Shown one piece after another: positions 1 through 12,940 of a stretch of DNA of 64,000 nt (positions are counted from its first letter, which is position 1; every line of letters begins with the position of its first letter). Location of the stretch: assembly GCF_963921235.1 (NCBI RefSeq), contig NC_086097.1, positions 103,294,001 to 103,358,000 of the forward strand, written 5' to 3'. The position numbers and the translations under genes were made by a program. The notes under the pieces were generated by a model. The model did no database searches. It saw nothing but the letters and a program-made list of their open reading frames with translations, and had not been told where the DNA came from. Source of the DNA: Mobula hypostoma (taxonomy: Eukaryota).

Positions 1-345
1 ATCCTGGTAGCCACCCATTTCAAATCTACTTCCCATTCCGACATCTCAGTCCACTGCCATGAGGCCACTCTCAGGTTGGAGCAGCAACACACTATATTCT
101 TTCTGGATGGCATGAACATTGACTTCTTGAACTTTTGGTAATTGTCCCCTATTCACCATTCCCCATTCATGTTGCCCTCTTTCACCTTATTTCCTCACCC
201 CCCCCCCGCCCACTTCCTTTATCTGACTTTTCTTGCTTTCCAATTCTGATTAAGGGGCTCGGCTTGAAACGTCGACTGTTTACTCTTTTCCATTGATGCT
301 GTCTGGCCTTCTGAATTCCTCCTGCATTTCGTGTGTGTTGTTTTT
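1..345 (+). mobile_element. Penelope-like element 3' end (decayed GIY-YIG C-terminus plus pLTR with degenerate hammerhead motif at 242-277)
   Basis: Decayed VATHF...EATLRLEQQH...GMNIDF coding signature, pyrimidine tract, then CTGATTA...GAAACGTCGACT and GCTG..TGGCC...GTGTGTTG tail shared with other copies. Confidence 0.7.
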
Positions 346-599
346 AATTCAAGAATAGATGGGTTATATTGGATGTAATTACATCGATAGAAATCTGGCT
401 CGGGATTCATACGATATAAAGAGAAAAACTGTTGTCGTTCACAGATGGGTCAAGACCTAGTGCACATAAAAAGACGAAAATTGGCAAAAGAACTAAACGT
501 GATATTAAAGAAACTGCTTTTGTTGGGGCCTGGAGTACAGAGGGAGAGGCGAGCTGACGGGTTGGAGAGGAGAGAAGAGGTGGAACTAGTTCGCTTGAG

Positions 600-850
600 A
601 GGGAGGGAGCCAGTACAACGACGTCACTCGGACGGGGGTGGGCGGAGGGAAAGACGGCGCGGTCACGTGCCAGCCGTCCGGCCGGCCGCGCGCTGCTTGC
701 GCGGGTGATGGCGGCGGTGTTGGAGCTGCTGTTGAGCGGCGAGCTGGCGGCGGCTGAGGCGCTGCTGTGGCTGCAAGTCCAGGTAAAGGAGGCAGGTGGC
801 CTCACGTAGAGACCGCCCTTTACCTTCCTGCCGTCCGGCTGAGTCTGAAA
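600..850 (+). promoter_or_regulatory. CpG-island promoter / 5' region of CDAN1
   Basis: Only strongly GC- and CpG-rich stretch of the window, spanning the ATG at 708; contains GACGTCA (CRE-like, 620-626), GGGCGG GC box (~640) and CACGTG E-box (664-669). Confidence 0.75.
708..782 (+). CDS. CDAN1: codanin-1 coding exon 1 (MAAVLELLLSGELAAAEALLWLQVQ)
   Basis: ATG at 708; peptide resembles codanin-1 N-terminus (human MAAVLESLL...); donor CAG|GTAAAG at 783, phase 0. Confidence 0.9.
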
Positions 851-914
851 GAGGAGCGGGAGAGAAAAGGGTAGCAGCTGGGCCCCACTTTCCCACTCTC
901 CTTTCCCTACCACC

Positions 915-1050
915 TAGACTTCACCATCTCCCCCCAGAGTCCCGCTGAGGGGTTTCAGTCCGAAACGTCAACTGTACTTTTATGCTGCCTGACCTGCTGA
1001 GTTCCAGCATTTTGTGTGTGTTTCCGGCATCTGCAGATTTTCTTTTGTTT
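915..1050 (+). mobile_element. Penelope-like pLTR fragment in intron 1 with mutated hammerhead core (938-973)
   Basis: AGTC-CCGCTGA-GGG...CC-GAAACGTC-AACT followed by TGCTGCCTGACCTGCTGAGTT..CAGCATTTTGTGTGT tail. Confidence 0.65.
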
Positions 1051-1308
1051 GTGGTTTGATTACCCTACTCTTCTACTGGTTTTATCTCTCGCCCCTAAGC
1101 TTCTCCTCCCCCGACCGTGGTCCCGCCACCCTAAGATACCCATCGACTCCCTCCCTCCTCATCCACCCTCCTTGTCAGATCTCTCCCTACCCCTCGAATA
1201 TACATGTACCTTAGGACATGATTGTGGAATGTGCTTTCAAAAAGGCGCCTTCTTCTTGCCTGTCAGCTTCGACATTTACTGAAACTTTTTTATCTTACAT
1301 TTTAACAG

Positions 1309-1976
1309 GATGGTGAATTGAGTGACAAGCTTTTGGCATATAATTCCCTGAGGAAAAACTTTGTACCCTTTCTTCTAAATTTTTTAAGAGAACAGACAAA
1401 CCAGCTGATACCAAATGGGCCACCTACTCCTGGAAAGACGTCCTCTGTCAAGGGGCAGAAACCGGCTCAGGACCGGGATGAGAGCATTCAGCCAGTAAGG
1501 ATTAGCAATTCGCAGACCTCAAGAGGGACTAAAACACAGTTATTCCCAGACACACCAAATAGTTCCTTTAATTCAAATGCTTCCTTCCAGTCTCCTTTGT
1601 CCAGTGGCTCCTCATTTTTCTCGAAGTCCAGTAGTGATGTGAACGGTGCAATTTCCCCCATTAGTCCTCCTGACCTCAGCAATAGTACCCCATTGCGCTA
1701 TGGAGAGCGACGATTAACTCAAAGAGCCAGCCTTGGGCAATTCATCGTTCAGAGTCCTGAAAACCAGTTTCAGCGACGTGCTAGGAAGAAGAATTTCATA
1801 GCTGCTGGTCGCCAAGGAGCCAAGGACTTGGGAAGAAGCCCAACTGACGAGGATGTTGTGCAGTGGAATGCTAACAAGACGCACGTGGAGACTGTCAGCA
1901 CCCCTTGTCCTGAAGCTCAGCTAAATATACACAACCTGGAAGAGTTTCCACCTGTGGGTGCAACTGCTCTTGGAAG
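1309..1976 (+). CDS. CDAN1: codanin-1 coding exon 2
   Basis: Acceptor ttttaacAG|GAT; encodes LRKNFVPFLLNFLREQ, GPPTP, QLFP and NLEEFPPVG, all codanin-1 motifs; donor AG|GTAAAT, phase 2. Confidence 0.95.
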
Positions 1977-3179
1977 GTAAATGTGCTTTAGTATGAATAA
2001 CTTAATTCACAGTTCAATTAATATTAGTAGGGCATCTTATTCTTTGAACATGCTTTTTCATTCATCAAAATCATAACTCTTCCACTTTAACATCATTTCC
2101 CTGCAAAATCCCTACATCTTTTGATTTCCCTCAAAGTCTAGAAATATCTGTTATGAACAAAGTCAGTGACTGAACCTCAACAGCCCTTCCAGGTTAGAGA
2201 ATTCACCACCACTTGCGTAAAGAAATTTCTCCTCATTTGAGTCATAGAGTGATTGAGTTATAGAGAGATGCAGTAGGGAAACAGGGACTTTGGCCCAACA
2301 AGTCTGTGCTGATCACCAAATAACAATGTACATTAATCCACTTTATTCTCACATCCTCCTCAACTCCCCTCAGATTATTCCACCCATTAAGTGGCAATTT
2401 ACAGTGGCCAGTTAACTGACCAACCTGTGTGACGTTAGGATATGGGAGAAAACAAGGTATCCACACAGACGGCACTGATCTGGATCAAATGTGGGTCACG
2501 AGCTGAGAGGTTGCAGCTCTATAACCTGCAACGCTACTGATGCATGTAGCTAAATGTCTTAAATGGGTCACCGCTTATTCTGAGACCCTCTACTCAGCCA
2601 GCTGGGATGCCCTTGTGTTCACCCTGTTAAGGCATGAAAGAATATTATGAGTTACTATGATCTCACTTGCTTCCAAACTCTGGAATGCAGTCCAAGTCTA
2701 CTCAGTGTCTCATGGTGAACCAGTCCAGTGAATCTTCACTGTGTTCCTTGTATGACAAAAGAGCAAAACTATGTATGATATTCTAGATGCAGCCTCATCA
2801 ATAATGTATATAATTGTAGTTAGTCTAAAGCACTCATCTTGTATTAAAGGCAGGCATACCATTCCTTCCTGATAATTTACTATGCATGCATTGTGTGCAT
2901 GGTCACCCAGGTTCCTATCAGCTTCAATGCATGTCAAAATTTTGAACAGCAACTCTGCTTTTCTGTTTTGTGTACTAAAGTGGATAACTTCATATTTATT
3001 CACCTGGTATTACATCTGTTGCGTCCTTCCCCATTTACCCAACTTTTCTATTTTCCCTCAAAACCTTTTTGCATTCACACTTGGTTTAGTATCACGAAAA
3101 AAACCTGGAAATGTGACATTTAGACTTGGCTAACTTGACAATGGAATCTCTTCACCCTTTTGCTTGAATTGTCAGCTGT

Positions 3180-3450
3180 GGTCCAGCAATAGCTGTCTTG
3201 CCTGTGGGTCAGGAGATTTGGTGCAAGTCCATCCCAGAAACTGGAACAGGAAGGCAAACTGACATTCTACTGCTGCACTGTTGTAGATTCAGTCTTGGAT
3301 ATGGAACCTTTAGAGAACATTGTCTTGCTACTTCATATATCAAGTTCTTCTATGATTTTAATTAAGGTGGTGGACTTCCCCTGATGCCCAAGGGAATACT
3401 TACCCATAACCTGATATAATTTAAAAAATCTGGCTCTTGTTTGAAAAATG
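3180..3450 (+). mobile_element. old DeuSINE-like SINE, 5' part (3' part apparently at ~6880-7020)
   Basis: TGCTGCACTGT..., CCCTGATGCCC..AATACTTACCC resemble the Deu domain; CCTGCATTACAGTG...ATTGGCTGTAAA at 6930-6980 resembles its 3' tail. Highly decayed. Confidence 0.45.
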
Positions 3451-3709
3451 CATGAGCTCTGACTCTGACATGTTTTGCTGGTGACAAAGTGAGGCAGTGG
3501 AGGACTGTAAATGTGGTTCCATTTTTGAAGAATGAGGCAAAGAAAAGCCTGGCATTTACAGACCTACGTTGAGTTTAGGGAAGCTCTTGGTATAAATTCC
3601 GAGGATCAGATGCGGTGCCTTGGAAAGGCAGAGACTGACCAGAAATAACCGGCGTGTCTTTGTCAAGGGCAGACTTTGTTTCATCAATTTGAAATTTTTT
3701 TACAAAGTA

Positions 3710-5052
3710 CGGTAGATTCTAGTTAATTTGAACATATCAGGACTAGTACATTTTGGCCCAATTAAGTGGCTGCCTCATTTAACTGAAGTTACATGGAAAT
3801 GGATAAAAAGGTATCAAAGAGACAAATTGCTGTTAAACTGAGTAACAGTTATCTATTTAAATGAACTAGAGCAAATAAGAACACTACCAATGTTAATACA
3901 GCACTATAAAACGGTATTAGTTCCATGAACATTGCCTCACTACATTTTTTCCCATATATACTCATATACATATACACACACACACACTGGACCTCTTTGG
4001 GGGCTTTTGCTATTGCTTGCCTGGTCGGAGGGGGTTGGTGCTTTTCCTGGAGCAAGTGGTGGGAGAGTTGGGTGGAGGAAGGGCTTTGGGGTTTTGATGT
4101 TTCTATCATTCTGTCATTAATTCTTTGGTGTTATGGATGTCTGTGAAGAGTAAGAATTTCAGGTTGTATACTATACACACTCTCTGATATTAAATTGAAT
4201 CATTTGAACCATTTTCTTACTGTAATTTACAGTTATGTATACAATGTACTGCTGCTGCATAATAACAAATTTCATCATATGCTCATGATGTTAAACTTGT
4301 TTCTGATTTTGATGGCTATTGACAGAGGAATTCACCCAGTGTATACTGTTGTGTTCTTTTGATTGAATGTAAGTGAACAAAGTCAGTGCAGACACCCAGT
4401 GCAGATAATGAATTGCATTCATACAATGCCTTCAATGGTTGCATTGTCGAGATCTTCATTCTCATTGTAACATTCATGATGATACTCAATACCTTCAAAT
4501 TCTTGCAACACACATAAAAGTTGCTGGTCATCAGCAACTTTTATGTGTGTTGCTTGAATTTCCAGCATCTGCAGAATTCCTGTTGTTTACCTTCAAATGC
4601 TTGAATTTCCAGCATCTGCAGAATTCCTGTTGTTTACCTTCAAATTCTTCGTAGGTTGAAGTAGTGAAAAAATTTCATTTTCACTCTCGACCATTTCTGG
4701 TATCACCAAGTCTGAAAACTTGAAACCACAGTGAGCAATCCAGTTCTGAGTTGTATTACTGCTTATTTCTCGTCAACTATCAGTGACAAAGATCACTGCT
4801 TTTTGAACACAAACACACACAACTGACACTTAAAAACTGTTCGCTCTAAGCTCAGTGTAGTGTCTAACAGTCACATAAGTGCACGTGACTGACGCTAGTT
4901 AGAAACTGTTCAGCAACAATCTCTTGTCCTAATTAAGCGGCATAGTGTCCCAAATAAATGAAGGGAGTCCTGGCTATTTTTTCGTTTGTTTTTGTTCTTT
5001 AAGAGTTGTCCAAAAATAAGTGGATGCACCGATTAACTAATGGAATCTACTG
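3710..5052. mobile_element. non-autonomous Tc1/mariner-superfamily (Tigger/pogo-like) DNA transposon
   Basis: TIRs CGGTAGATTCTAGTTAAT (3710) and ...TGGAATCTACTG (5052), flanked by TA on both sides. Confidence 0.65.
4505..4634. repeat. Penelope-tail hairpin micro-insertion with 15-bp TSD and 47-bp tandem duplication
   Basis: 22-bp perfect inverted repeat 4505-4526/4532-4553; TACCTTCAAATTCTT at 4490-4504 and 4635-4649; 4551-4597 repeated at 4598-4644. Confidence 0.85.
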
Positions 5053-5660
5053 TACAGATGTGGTTTACATGAATTCAGTCTCACATGATAGAATGGTTGA
5101 AAAGGTTAGAGGCCAATGGATCCAAGGCAATTTGGCAATTGGTTCCAAAAGTGCTTGGCAATAGGAGACAGATGGTGATGTTGGAGAGGAGTTTTTGTGA
5201 TTGAATGCCTACAACCACCAGGATTGCTACTGGGACCTTTACTATTTGCAGTACATTATACGTAAATGATTTGAATGTGGTTGTAGGTGATATAATCATT
5301 TAAGTTTTCAGCTGACATGAAGATTGGTGAATTATAAAGTCATAGTGCGCCACAGCACAGAAACACCTTTCAGCCCATTTAGTCCTTACTGAACTGTTAT
5401 TCTGCCTGGCCTCATTGACCAGCAACTGCACTGTAGCCCTACATATCCATCCTATCCAAGTGCTTATCCAACCTTTTCTGAAATGCTGCAGTCAAAACTG
5501 CATCTACCGCTTCCACTGGCAGTTTGTTCCACACTCTCACCACCCTCTGAGCGAAGAAGTTCCCCTTAAATATTTCACCTTTCACTCTTAACCTATAACT
5601 TCTAATCTCACCCAACTTCAGTGGAAAATGCCTATTGCATTTACCCTAACTCTACCCCTA

Positions 5661-5995
5661 TGGGGTGGCGAGCTGTAAGGCTCTCTTCCCTCTGCTAGAC
5701 TGCAGGTTACCCTTGGGCAAGGTGCTTAGACCACCCCGATCAGGGTCCATGGGAGCAGGTGGTGGATGGTCATATGAGCAGCTGGAGCATAATCACAAGT
5801 CCTGCATATGTGACTACTGACGCCAGGCAGGCAATCTCTGAAGAGTATTGATAATGGCTGGGGTCACATATCTTGTAAAGGTACAGCCCAGAAGGAGTCA
5901 ATGGCAATCCCGTTCTGTAGAAAAACTGCCAAGGACAATCATGGTCATGGAGACCATGATTGCCCCCGCCATACAACTGGGCACATGATGATGAT
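5661..5995 (+). mobile_element. RTE-related SINE-like element
   Basis: 3' ATGGCAATCCCGTTCTGTAGAAAAACTGCCAAG..CATGG resembles RTE/BovB-type tail; ends in (TGA)n. Confidence 0.45.
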
Positions 5996-7574
5996 ACTCA
6001 TTGTTTCATACACCTCTGTCAAATATGTCCTCAGTTTCTTGTTGGTAGTCTGGAGGGTAGTCTAGGCTTCACAGTAACATTAATATGTTGGTGAAATAGG
6101 CTGAGAAATGGCAGGTGTTTAATTCAGATAAAGGTGATGTTGGGGCATTTTGGAAGTATTAACAAGGCTAAGGTGTACACCATAAATGGTGAGGTCCTAG
6201 AGAGTATTGAGGAACAGAAAAACATTATTGTGCACGTCCAGAATACATGTCACAGAGCAGGTAGATAACATGGTCAAGAAGATATGAGATACTGCCCTTT
6301 ATTAGACTGAGCACTGAATAGAGGAGCAGGGAGGTTACTTCCAACTTTATAAAATATTGGTCAGGTCATTCAAAATGCTTACTACATGCAATTCTAGTTA
6401 TCACAGAATAGGAAAGATGCCATAGTGCTGGAGAGAATGCAGAGCAGATTTACCAGGGTGTTTTCTGGAATGTGGATTATTCAATTATGGGAAGGGACTA
6501 GAGAAGTCTGTTTTCACTGGAGTGGAAGAGGCTAAGAGGGGACAGGAGATGTATAAAATTAGTGTATTGATAGGTTCAATTGCATGAACCTTTTATCTTT
6601 ATCAGGGAAGAATACAACGAGAAGGAACAGACTTAGGATAAGAGATTTAGAGGAGATCTGAGGGAGGCCTTTTTCACTCAGCAAGTGGTGGATACCTTGA
6701 CTACGCTGCTGGAGAGAGTGGGGAAGGCAACGTCATTAATGGTGTTTAAGAAGTTTCTAGATGAGCACTTGAATCTCTTTGTCATAAGCTGTGGGCCAAG
6801 TGCTGAAAGATGGGATGGGGGGCTAAATGGACTGTTTCAATGCTGTATGTCTCTTGGGTTAGTACAAAGATAAGCTCTCTTGTCATTGCTATTTTTGCTA
6901 TTTCTTTGTAGAAATTAGGTGGTATATTCCCTGCATTACAGTGGTATTCAGATTTTTAAAAGCATTTTATTGGCTGTAAAAAAATACTGTGTGTGTTAAA
7001 TAAATGCAAGGTATAGTCGTAGAGTGGTGCAGCACAGAAACAGGCCCCTCATCCCAACATGTCCACGGTGGCCAAATGTCTATCCAGCTTTGTTCCACCT
7101 GCTTACATTTGGCTAATATATTTCTGAACCTTTCCTATCCATGCACATGTTTATTTCAACATTGTAATTGTACTCGCCTGTACCACTTCCTCTAGCAGCT
7201 TGTTCCATATACCCACCACCCTCTGGAGAAACTACCCCCTCAGCTCCCCTTTAAATCTTTCTCCTTAAGACCACCATAAAGTTGTACCTTTTGCTTTTAG
7301 ACTACCCTGGGAAAAGGACGGTGGCTGTCCAGATTATCTATGCCCCTCATGATTTCATAAGCCTCTATAAGGATAGCTGTCTATCTCCGTTACTCACAGG
7401 AAAACAGCCCAAGCCCATATAGTCTGTTCAAATTAAAGCCCTCTGAGGCTGGCAACATCATTGTAAATCTTATCTGGACCCTCTCTAGCTTATTAATATT
7501 CCTCCAGAACTGCTCCTAATTCTCCACTTGGGGTCTTACTAACATTTTGTACAGTTTTAACTTGACATTTGATT

Positions 7575-8680
7575 TAAAAAAAAAATTTTTTAAATATAAT
7601 TTTTATTGAGTTTTCAAAATGATTGCATAGAATGATAATATCTACCCTCCCCCCCCTTAACCTTTCCCCCCGATATACACCCCTACCTGAAAAAAAAAAG
7701 AAAAGAAAAAGAAAGAAGAAAGAAGAACTGCCTGGATATTGGAAAGTTTCCACATGCTCCATGGGATTCAAAATAAATTTAGTATATTTATTTATTACTT
7801 TCCCCGAGGGACCAACATCTTTATCATCGGAGCAACTAAATATGCCATCCTATCTTTTGTAAATATGGGTGCCAAATATTCAAAAATGTATCATATTTAT
7901 TTCTTAAATTTTTTTTTAAATTTTATTTTTATTTGGATAAGGAATTCACAATTATCATGTACTTTTTTCACACACATAATTTTAAGTAATTTTTTCGAGT
8001 GGAATACAACTAGAAATTTCAATATTCCAGCGATATTGCCAATGCAATTTTTATAAATTCTTTCTGATATTTATTCAGTTTAAGTTTTGGTTTTATCCCT
8101 TCAATATCACCTAATAGAAATAATACAGGGTTATATGGAAGTTGAGTTCCAGTAATTTGTTCCAATAAAACTCTTAAATTTATCCAAAAAGGTTGAATTT
8201 TAGAACAAGACCAAGTAGAATGTAAGAAAGTATCAATTTCTTGATTACACCGAAAGCATTGATCAGATAAATTTGAATTTAATCTATTTATTTTTTGCGG
8301 CGTAATATACAATTGGTGTAAAAAATTATATTGTACTAATCTACGTCGTATGTTTATTGTATTTGTCATACTGTCAAGACACAGTCTTGACCAATTTGTT
8401 TCATCAATTTTAATATTCAGATCTGTTTCCCATTTTTGTTTTGACTTGTGGATTCCTTGTTTAATTGTCTGTTTTTGAATCAAATTATACATAAAAGAAA
8501 TAAATTTTTAAATTTTTCCTTTTTGAATTAAAATTTCAATTTCATTAGATTTTGGCAAAAACATTGTTTGAGACAGTTTGTCTTTTAAATAAGCCCTTAA
8601 TTGAAGGTAACAAAAGAAAGTGTTATTTGATATTTTATATTTATTCATTAATTGTTCAAATGACATCAATGATTGTTCAG
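7575..8680 (-). mobile_element. 5'-truncated L1-clade LINE (ORF2 C-terminal cysteine-rich domain and 3' UTR)
   Basis: ORF 8019-8492 with QYNFLHQLYITP, C-x2-C (CFRC), HSTWSC..IQPFW; upstream frame FFCYLQLR; T-rich tail on + strand. Confidence 0.85.
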
Positions 8681-8830
8681 TGAAGGCAAGCATGCCACTT
8701 GCCTTCATCTTTCTGCCTACTTGTATCGCCACTTTCAATGAACAATGTTCCAATATTTTAGACATTTTTCTCTTCTTTAAAGAGAAAATTTGTTGGTCAA
8801 TAATCATTTGTATTGCATTCATTTCCGTAG

Positions 8831-9052
8831 AACAAAACCATCAAGAAGAATTAACCCTACTCCAGTCAGTGTAGAGCGGTTGCAATCCAGACCCAAGAAG
8901 TGTTTCACTTCCACTCCTTTGAGTCAACCATTGTCCACTACGTACTCCAAAAGAGCTACTTTCGAAGCATTCAGAGCTGGACCAGAGCGATTTGGCCCTC
9001 TCATACCTTCTAGTAACTTGCAGGAAGAACGGGAAATGTTGAAAATTGAAAG
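8831..9052 (+). CDS. CDAN1: codanin-1 coding exon 3 (ASF1-binding B-domain region)
   Basis: ttccgtAG|A; TKPSRRINPTPVS...KPK-like CFTS...LQEEREMLKIER; donor AG|GTATTA, phase 2. Confidence 0.95.
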
Positions 9053-9713
9053 GTATTAAACTTACTAAACCTCTGGGGCAAATGTCTTTCTTGTTTAACA
9101 CATTTGTATTTTCTATTTTCATCTTTCAGTTTTTTGACAGTCTTAATGGTGCATAGGTGGAAATCAAGTATTTCATACTGGACTCTGATTTACCATTGTT
9201 TTCCAAAAATCAACAATGACGGTATTTACTGTATTTGATGGACCCCATGACTAAATTTCAGTTTTGTGTGTCTGGATCCCTTAAAGGGTGCATGAAGTTT
9301 CTTGGTTTGTTATCTTTGTGAGAATTCCAAGTGGCTTTAAATATGCAGACCATATCATTATCTGAATATTGTAATCATGCTGCATACCGCAGACACTTGA
9401 TTTACAGGGTACAACTTGAGTGCAATGTTATCTAAATCTGGTTTGCTTGCTGTTAAGGATTGAGGTATCCAGTTGCCGGGACGAATATGGCTGCAGCAAC
9501 TCTCAAGAAGCTTGACATTGTTCAGGGCAAAATGAGCTTCCTGATTGGTGTCCCTACAGCCACCTTAAACATGTACTTCCTCTGTCACTGATCTGCTTTA
9601 GCTCCACTGTGTGTTCTCTGCAGAATGGATGGCAGCAACTTGCCAAAGCTTCAGTTGTAGCACCTCACAAATGTGAGCTTTCCTGTTAAAATGACAAGGC
9701 ACATTTGGCACAT

Positions 9714-10081
9714 GCACTCAGTAGCTATTTTATTCAGTACAGTGGTGGATTCAGGTGTGGTCTTCTGTTGCTGTAGCCCATCTGCTTCAAGGCTTGATGT
9801 GTTGTGCATTCAGAGATGTTCCTCTGCCCATTACTGTTGTAACATGTGATGTGTGAAAACCCAAGGAGATTAGCAGTTTCTCTGATACTGAGATACTCTG
9901 GCACTAACAATCATTCCATGGTCAAAGTCACTTAGATCACATTTCTTGCTCATTTATTGATTGGTCTGAACAACTGAATGTCTTGACCTTATCTGCATGT
10001 TTCTATGCATTGAGTTGCTGCCACATGATTGTTTGATTAGATATTTGTATTAATGTACCTGATAAAGTGGCCACTGGGTCT
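9714..10081. mobile_element. Tc1-derived MITE (relatives at ~32490-33010 and ~62880-63320)
   Basis: Ends CACTCAGTAGCTATTTTATT / ATAAAGTGGCCACTGGGT; family encodes decayed RMGKKCDLSDF..GMI Tc1 N-terminal HTH (seen in ORF 32562-32756). Confidence 0.65.
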
Positions 10082-11550
10082 GTAAGTTCTCTCCAAATCA
10101 GGTACCAGTGTACCTCACTTTTGCCATTGTGGGGTTAGGATTCCCTATTTGTTTTTAGAAATATCTTCACAGTGATTGCAGTGATTCAAAAGTTGACTCA
10201 AACTGTTTGCAGTAGTAGATGGTGAATGAATGGCCTTTTTACAACAATAACAATATCCCAGGAATTTTAAAAAATCACTTCCAGGGTTAAAAGAATTTGA
10301 AAGGTAGATAATTATTTCCTTGGGATCTTGAGGTGGGCAAATGGATTTGAGGTACAGGTCATCAGCAAACCCACTGAATGATAAAAAAGTTTTGAGGAGA
10401 GGAATGATCTACTGTTTCTAATTTTTGAAACAAGCATTGTTATTACATTCAGGATAGAGGGTGAATTGATAATTTTCCTGTTTTCCAAACTATTTACCTT
10501 GTGTATTTATATATAAATACTTAGAAATATATTAATATTTGCAGTGTTTATTTTGTACTTTATAGTAATTTTATGTCTTTGCACTGTACTGGTGCTACAA
10601 AACACCGAATTCCACATCATGTAAGACAGTGATAGATAATAAATCTGATTCTGATACTTAAGTATGACCCTGTAGAGATTTATTTTGCAATCAGTTTACT
10701 TTTGGCAAACAACTTTTTTAGATTATTTAGAAATACAGCATAATAACAGGCCCTTCCGGTCCAACGAGCCTGTGCCCCCAATTACATCTATGTGATCAAT
10801 TAACCTTCTAACCCTAATCTTTGGAGTATGGGAGAAAGCAGAGCACCCAGAGGAATCCCTGGTGGTGACAGGGAGAAAGTATGAGCTTATTACGGACATT
10901 GGTGGGAATTCAACCCAGGCCTCTGGAGTTCTAATAACATTATGCTAGCTGCTATGCATTTTACCCTCCAGATTATACTGGATTTCCATTATTATGTCTA
11001 CACAGTGGTATACTGAAATGTTTTTTTTACTTTGCTATGTTTTTGTAACAAACGTGCATGCAAATAGGAATTTTATCATAACACTTCAACGTGGAATAGT
11101 GACCTGTATATTTCTATTCAATAGATGCTTGTTGTGAAAGACCTTCATTTAGTTTATTATACAACTGAAATGTTAATATTACAAACTATTACCAGTTCAG
11201 GAGATAATTTGTCTTTGTCAGACTCTGAAAAGCTATCCTGTCCCTTGGGTCTTTACCTACGCATGACAGATAGTTTCCTTTCAGGTCCCTCTCCAATTCT
11301 TTCTTAAAGGTTACCAGTGAATCTCTCAATTTCCTTTTCAGGGGACCTATTGCAATTGACTCCAGATCACAGCAACTAGCTGCATTACAAAAATAATACT
11401 CATCTTGCCTTTTTTTCCTCCTACCCTTACCATTCTATTAAGTATTATCCTAAATATGTATTCACACCATAGTCTAGATTTTTTTTCTTAATTATTTTAG
11501 GAAGAACCCTTTGATTATTGTCATGGACAGCTGGTGTTCAGTTAATAATA

Positions 11551-12940
11551 CCATAAAACATAGGAGCAGGATTAGGCCTTTTGCTCATCGAGTCTGCTCC
11601 GCCATTCAATCATGACTGATCCTCTTTTTTCCTCTCCTCAGACCCACTGCCTGGCCTTTTCCCCATAACCTTTGATGCTGTGCCAATCAAGAACTTATTA
11701 AGCTCTGTCTTAAATACACCCAATGGCCTGGCCTTCACAGCTGCTTGTGGTAACGAATTCCACAAATTCACCACCTTTTGCTATAGAAATTTCTCCGCAT
11801 TTCTGTTTTAAGTGGACACCCCTCTATCCTGAGGCTGTGCTCTCTTTTCCCAGATTCTCCACCATGGGAAACATCCTTTCCATATCAACTCTGTCTAGGC
11901 CTTTCAACATGCGAAAGGTTTCAGTGAGATCCCCCTTATACTTCTAAATTCCAGCAAGTACTGACCCAGAGTCATCAAATGTTCCTTGCGTTTTTGTCCC
12001 CTTTATATTTGTCCCTTTCATTCCCAGAATTGTCTTTGTGAACCTCCTCTGAACCCTGTCCAATACCAGCTCATCTTTTCTTAGATGATGGGCCCAAAAC
12101 TGTTCACAATACTCTAGGTGAGGCCTCACCAGCCTTATAAAGCCTCAGCATCACATCCCTGCTCTTGTATTTTAGACCTCTTGAAATGAAAGCTAACATT
12201 ACATTTGGCTTCCGTACCACTGGTTCTACCTGCAAGTTAATCTTTAGGGTGTTCTGCTCAAGGTCTCCCAAGACCCTTTGCATCTGAGATTTTGGATTCT
12301 CTCCCATTTTAGAAAATTATATGCACATTTATTTCTACTACCGAAGTGCATGACGATGTATTTTTCACCATTGTATTTCATTTGCCACTTTCTTGCCCAT
12401 TCTGCTAATCTGTTTAAGTCTTTCTGCAGCCTTCCTGTTTCATCAACACTACCTGACACTCCACCAATCTTTGTATCATGTGCAAGCTTGGCGGCAAAGC
12501 CATCTATTCCATCATCTAAATCATTGAGACACAGCGTAAAAAGAAGCGACCCCAACACCGACCCCAACAGGACACCACTGGTCTCTGGCAGTCAACCAGA
12601 AAAGTATCCTTTTATTTCCACTCTCTGCCTCCTACCAATCAGCCAATGCTCTAACCATGTCAATAACTTTCCTGTCATACCATGGGCTCTTAACTTGGTT
12701 AGCAGCCTCATATGTGGCACCTTGTCAAAGGCCTTCTGAAAGTCCACATATACAATATGCATCCCCTTTATCTATCCTACTCGTAATTTCCTCAAAGAAT
12801 TTCAGTTGGTTTTTCAGGCAAGATTTTCCATTCAAGAAACCATGCTGACCTTGTCGTATCTTGTCCTTTGTCACCAAGTACTCCATAACCTCATTCCTTA
12901 ACAATTGACTCCAACATCTTCCCGACCACTGAGGTCAGGT
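11551..12940 (-). mobile_element. 5'-truncated CR1 LINE
   Basis: Minus-strand ORF pieces GSVLGSLLF..LNDLDDG, RPHLEYCEQFW; short tandem 3' tail at ~11551. Confidence 0.9.

Larger units (their letters stand above)
3470..6870 (+). mobile_element. old fragmented CR1 LINE (RT and 3' region) interrupted by younger elements
   Basis: Decayed CR1 ORF2 motifs (WRT.NV.P.F, K.EV.HFG, LER.Q.RFTR, FFTQ.VV..W) in colinear order across insertions. Confidence 0.65.

Noticed and set aside
445..708. Upstream ORF whose TGA overlaps the CDAN1 ATG (TGATG)
   Set aside because: No recognisable homology; its ATG probably lies upstream of the transcription start; long ORFs arise by chance in GC-rich promoters.
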